From: Octopus bimaculoides
Lineage: Eukaryota
DNA length: 36,349 nucleotides
Direction: 5' to 3'
NCBI RefSeq assembly: GCF_001194135.2
Contig: NC_068989.1
Span: 30,452,058-30,488,406, forward strand
Under the pieces are notes generated by a model. It was not told where the DNA came from. It worked only from the letters and a program-made list of their open reading frames with translations, and ran no database searches. Below, piece after piece: positions 31,771 to 36,349 of the stretch. A program made the position numbers and the translations under genes. Within the stretch, counting starts at the first letter, position 1. Each line of letters begins with the position of its first letter.

Positions 31771-32479
31771 CCTGGATAATGCCGTAATTGAAGGAGCATG
31801 ATTTTCTCATTCTCTCAGTGGTTCAGATGTTCATTTATATATCTAAGAGCTTCACAATGATTACAGAAAATATTCATGTCACCAATGTAACTTTGTCTTT
31901 TTGACATTCTCTTTCATTTACATTTTATATTCTATATGTTCCTTTATCTTTTGTAAATGCTCGCTTTATTGCTACTGTGCTCTCCTAGTAATTTGTCCCT
32001 CTGCTTCTCTTTACATCATTGTCTATGCCATCTCATTCTTTCTCTTGTTAGCTTACATTGTCTGTCATCCATATTGTATAAGCAAATATCAATTCAAGTA
32101 AGCAGATGATAAATAATTGCACTTATGCACACGCATTAAGTGATAGATGATATTAAAAAATCTAATTAAATTAAAGAAGAATCTATACTTTTCACTATCC
32201 ATTCACCACTGCCACCATTATACTATTCAGTAACAAAGTCTAAGTTGTTTGTCATCCAAGATTATATAATTTCATTTCAGTTCAGTTGTTTGTTTTTAGA
32301 ACTAATAACATCCATGGCTATTTTGTAAAGTTATTTCACTTTGATTGAAAAATCTATCTCTCTATGACAAGTTTATTATTATTACTCTTCCTTCTTTCAT
32401 CCACACATCAATGTATTTGTCAATGTGGATAGAGAGATAAATTTTTTGACAGATAGAAGATATAAAAAATTGAATATTA

Positions 32480-34700
32480 AAATGTTATTTTCTTGTGAGT
32501 GACATTCCAGACTGGGTAATAGGATTAGGTGTTACATGGTATACTCTTAGAAAATGTTGAAGTGCTAGGTCATTACCTCATTGTCTGCCTTTTTTAAAGC
32601 CCCCTTAAAAGTATCAATAAAATGCTCTGCTTGACCATTTGATCTAGGATGCTATGGTGGGGTGGTTACATATTTGATAGAGAAAATTTTATATAATTGT
32701 TTGAACTCATTTGCAGTAAACTGAGTTCCATTGTCAGACATAATGGTAACAGGAATACCATATCTGCTGAACAATTTGTTGGGTTTATTTACACTTATGT
32801 ACTTGAAGCCACTTAAAAAAACTGTCTACCACAACAAGGTAATATGAACTGTTAAGTGGATCTGTGAAATCAACATGCAGTCTGGACCACAGGATATCTG
32901 TTTTTGGCCATGGTTGCCATTTTGTGGAAGGTGATTTTGCTGCTAGAGCACAAGCTCTGCATGCTTTCACTAGTTCTTTAATGTCTCAGTCCATTCTTGG
33001 TCAATACATATAACTTCTCATTAACGATTTCATTCTTGAAATCTCTGGGTGACCAATGTGAAATTACTTTAGTAATTGCTATGGTAGTGTGGCTGGCAAG
33101 CCCACTTATGTGTACCTTTCCTTCTTTGGACACAAAACCCTACTTGTGAAGACCTGTTGAGGCAAGTGAAATCGAAATCGAAATCGAATTCGACATTGAA
33201 CCAACCTTCCTTCATTGGACACTAAACACTGGTTGCGAAGACCTGTTGGGGCAAGTGAATCGAAATTGAACCAAATTCCATGACTGGCACCCGTGCCAGT
33301 GGAGTGCTAACAGCACCATGCAAGCGAGATCACTGCCAGAGCAGCTGCCTGGCTTTCATGCTGGTGGCATGTAAAAAGCACCATTTGAGTGTAATCGTTA
33401 CCAGTGTCGCCTTACTGGCACTTGTGCCGGTGGCACATGAACAAAACATTCGAGTGAGGTCGTTGCCAGTGCCGCTGGACTGACTTCTATGCAGATGGCA
33501 TGTAAAAAGCACCATTTGAGTGTAATCGTTACCANNNNNNNNNNAGATGGCATGTAAAAAACACCATTTGAGCATGGCCGTTGCCAGTACCGCCAAACTG
33601 GCCCTCATGCCAGTGGCATGTAAAAGCACCCACTGCACTCTCGAAGTGGTTGGTGTTAGGAAGGGCATCCAGCTGTAGAAACTCTGCCAGATCAGATTGG
33701 AGCCTGGTGCAGCCATGTGGTTCGCCAGTCCTCAGTTAAATTGTCCAACCCATACTAGCATGGAAAGCAGACATTAAACAATGATGATGTACATTAACAC
33801 ATTTTCACAAATTGAGAATAGATTTGAATTTATGTTGCATTTAGCAAAACACATATTTTATCTCTTTTTACAGCCTTCAGCATTTCTTTCATTTCTTTAA
33901 TCAATTCATTGTTTTCTGCTTTTAATTTTGTCTTGTAATGTAACTGGTAATTCATGTATAACATTACATAAAATATATTTAATTTCATTTTCCGCACGCA
34001 ATGCTGCAATCATGGTATCTTCAAATGGTTCAGTAGATAATCAGTGTGTCCTAATTTTTTAGATAGTATAAACTCCATTTTAAAGTCATAATTTAGTATT
34101 ATAATACGTCAGCATTGCAACCTATTAGCATTATGAGTACGGATTCCTTTTTTCAACCCATATATAGATAATAACGGATGATGATCAATCTAGAGTCAAA
34201 AATTTGTATCATGTAAAAATCTATGAAATTTTTTTATGGCAATAATAATTGCTTGAGCCTCTGTTTCAATCTGGCTGTAATTTTTCTCTGCTGGTAACAG
34301 CGAACATGAGGCATGTTGCTGTTGTTGTATTTATGTAGCATTACTGCTCTGATACCACACTCATTGGAATCTGAGGCTATTACAGGATCAAAATTTACTA
34401 AAGACAAATCTGATGTTAATATCTTTTTAATTTCATCAAACACCGGACAATTTTCATGTCAATTCTATTTTACATCTTTTTTTAGTAGATTATTTAGTGG
34501 AGCATTTACCTTGTGCATATTTGGTATATAAATTTGATAATAGTTTGCCAGTTCAAAAACAACTTGTAAGGTGTCAAAGGGGGCATATTTTTAATTGCAT
34601 CTGCCCTTGACAGATCTGGTCAACAACCATTTTTATCAATGATTTGTTCTAAGTACTTAAATTCGCATTTCTCCTCACTCAGTTTGAAACCATAATCTCT
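32480..34700 (-). mobile_element. Ty3/Gypsy pol remnant (end of RT, RNase H, integrase), interrupted by an RTE insertion at about 33090-33790
   Basis: ORF 34234-34443 (RNase H: ASD..GIRAV..H, EKNYSQIE); HIGHP...CRAC zinc finger; ORF 32785-32970 (WSRLHVDF..VVVDSF.KW); SDNGTQF and SNGQAE core motifs. Confidence 0.9.
33090..33790 (+). mobile_element. RTE-derived 3' UTR insertion with an expanded tandem module array and (GAT)n tail; includes a 10-N gap at 33535-33544
   Basis: Duplicated gaagacctgttg.ggcaagtgaa unit, five or six modules of about 66 bp, and the shared RTE tail at 33645-33790. Confidence 0.9.
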
Positions 34701-34719
34701 TATTTTTCAAAAACATATT

Positions 34720-35648
34720 TCACATGCTCAAACTATGATGATTCAATTACTGCAACAACAGCAATTGTTGGAATTACATAAATAGCAACAACAGCAACAG
34801 CATCACTTTTTGGAATTTCAGAAACAACAGCAACTATTAGTACAACTGATACAGAAGATACAATCACAAACTCCATCAGAGAGTTCACATAAAACATCAG
34901 ATGAGGGTATTACCTTTCCTGCTTACTTTAGAAGGTGTGAGGAAATTTTTAAAGAAAAATGCTCCAGCTGGCAAGACAAAAAAAAACTCAACTTTTGTTG
35001 AGAAAGTTGGCACCAGTTGAGCATGAAAAATATTGAAATTACATATTACCAAAGAGACTGGGTGAAGTCTGTTTTGAAGAAACAGTGGATATTCTATCAA
35101 AAATATTCAGTGAAAAAGCTCTTTATTTAATACTTGTTGGCAATGCATTAATATTACAAAAAAAGAGGGCAAAGATTTTATTACATACATCAGAATCGTT
35201 AATAGGGACTGAAAGAAATTTAAAATGAATGCACACCATACATGTTCAAATACTTAATTTTCATGCAAGGCTTAACAGTAAAGAAAAATGCAGAAATTCA
35301 TAACCAAATCCTGACTAAATTAGAACAGAATCAGAAACTAACACCACAAGAAATATCTGAGGAATGCCACAGAATAATAAACCTAAGACACAAATCGAAG
35401 TGAAAAACTGCTCTCATATACAGTTGGTACAACTAAAAGTAAGAAATGAAAAGCAGAGAATTAACCCGTGTTTTGGATGTGGAGAATTACACTACAGATT
35501 CAACTCTCCTTATAAAAGTAGAAAGTGCTTCAAGTGTGGTAAGATAGGTAATAAAAAATCACACTGTAAAACAAAACCTAGAAAAAAGTACAACAGACAA
35601 AAATCATGTAAACAGTTTATCGAAGACAAGAAATACAAAGTTTATTAA
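34720..35648 (+). mobile_element. Ty3/Gypsy gag remnant with Q-rich N-terminus and two zinc knuckles
   Basis: ORFs 34810-35001 (EGITFPAYFRRCEEIF) and 35364-35648 (PCFGCGELH...CFKCGKIG.KKSHC). Confidence 0.88.
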
Positions 35649-35710
35649 CCCCAGTGCTCAGCTGCTACTTATTTCAATGACCCTGAAAGGATATAGAGGC
35701 AAATCTGACC
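35646..35710 (-). mobile_element. SINE family A core fragment
   Basis: Reverse complement ggtcagatttgcctct.tcctttcagggtcattgaaataagtagcag...cactggggt matches the 27770-27835 core. Confidence 0.7.
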
Positions 35711-35734
35711 TAAACGCTGCTAAGCATTTTGTCT

Positions 35735-36229
35735 GGGATGCTAATGACCACAAACCCGAAGGCATCATTGAAAATGAAAATGCAAAGATCCAGTGGGATT
35801 TTATGATTCAGTGCGACCATGAGATAGAGAATAGGAAGCCAGACATAGTCTTAATTGAGAAAGAAACCAAACTATGCTGGATCATAGATATAGCATGCCC
35901 AGCTGACAACATGATATGTGATAAGGAAGAAAGAAACGTCGATAGGTATGACAGGTTAGCTTGGGAGGTAAAGCAGTTGTGGTTGCTGAAAAAGGTGGTA
36001 ATGGTACCAATAATTGTCGGAGCCCTGGGAACAGTGAGCAAAAATCTCGAGAGTACATGGAACAAATAGGGACTGCAATAAGGGTGGAGCACTTGCAGAA
36101 AACAGCACTGCATGGAACTGCTTAAATACTCCGGAAGGTGCTCAATAAATAAGAGGTGTTACCTTAGTTCACTGGTAGTGAACAGCTGACACCGTAGTAC
36201 ATCTCCAGCATTAGAAGCTGTGCAAAGTC

Positions 36230-36278
<49 letters not shown>
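35735..36278 (+). mobile_element. 5'-truncated R4/Dong-clade LINE (RLE domain, 3' UTR and (TAA)n tail)
   Basis: ORF 35677-36069: IQWDFMIQCDHEIENRKPDIVLIEK...IIDIACP...VPIIVGALG; then LQKTAL.GTA.ILRKVL; (TAA)n at about 36230-36278. Confidence 0.92.
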
Positions 36279-36280
<2 letters not shown>

Positions 36281-36349
36281 GATAGAGAAATTAAGGCAAA
36301 TAGACCAGATATAGTTGTCAAAGATCATGAAGAAAAAAAATGCTTTCTA
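36279..36349 (+). mobile_element. Start of another 5'-truncated R4/Dong RLE fragment, running off the right edge
   Basis: DREIKANRPDIVVKDHEEKKCFL directly after the (TAA)n tail. Confidence 0.85.

Noticed and set aside
31800-32450. ORF 31901-32101 and surrounding CT-rich sequence
   Set aside because: Compositionally biased with no motif; may be decayed repeat but is unassignable.
33290-33640. CRISPR-like repeat-spacer array
   Set aside because: Eukaryotic context, spacers are mutually related, the array lies within an RTE 3' UTR, and there are no cas genes.

Overview
AT-rich eukaryotic (metazoan) genomic DNA from a gapped draft assembly. Five N runs are present, three of them flanked by microsatellites. 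The SINE, RTE and R4 repeat landscape looks like octopus (coleoid cephalopod); that assignment is inference from family recognition, not a database result. Most of the window is decayed, often nested transposons: RTE LINEs (one about 3.35 kb near-full-length copy plus fragments and 3' tails), R4/Dong-clade RLE LINE fragments, a Tx1-type LINE 3' end, a Penelope-like RT, Ty3/Gypsy gag/pol/LTR remnants, a full-length mariner, a full-length Tigger/pogo, tRNA-derived SINEs and a long-TIR MITE. No rRNA, tRNA gene, CRISPR or intact autonomous element was found. The main non-repeat signal is a phase-consistent chain of very small minus-strand exons at 2324 to 363, with possible upstream exons at 21-23 kb. 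Its most downstream predicted exon reads in frame into a stop-free RTE endonuclease domain at the left edge, which is a candidate host-gene/LINE fusion. All exon calls are manual splice-signal predictions and need RNA-seq.
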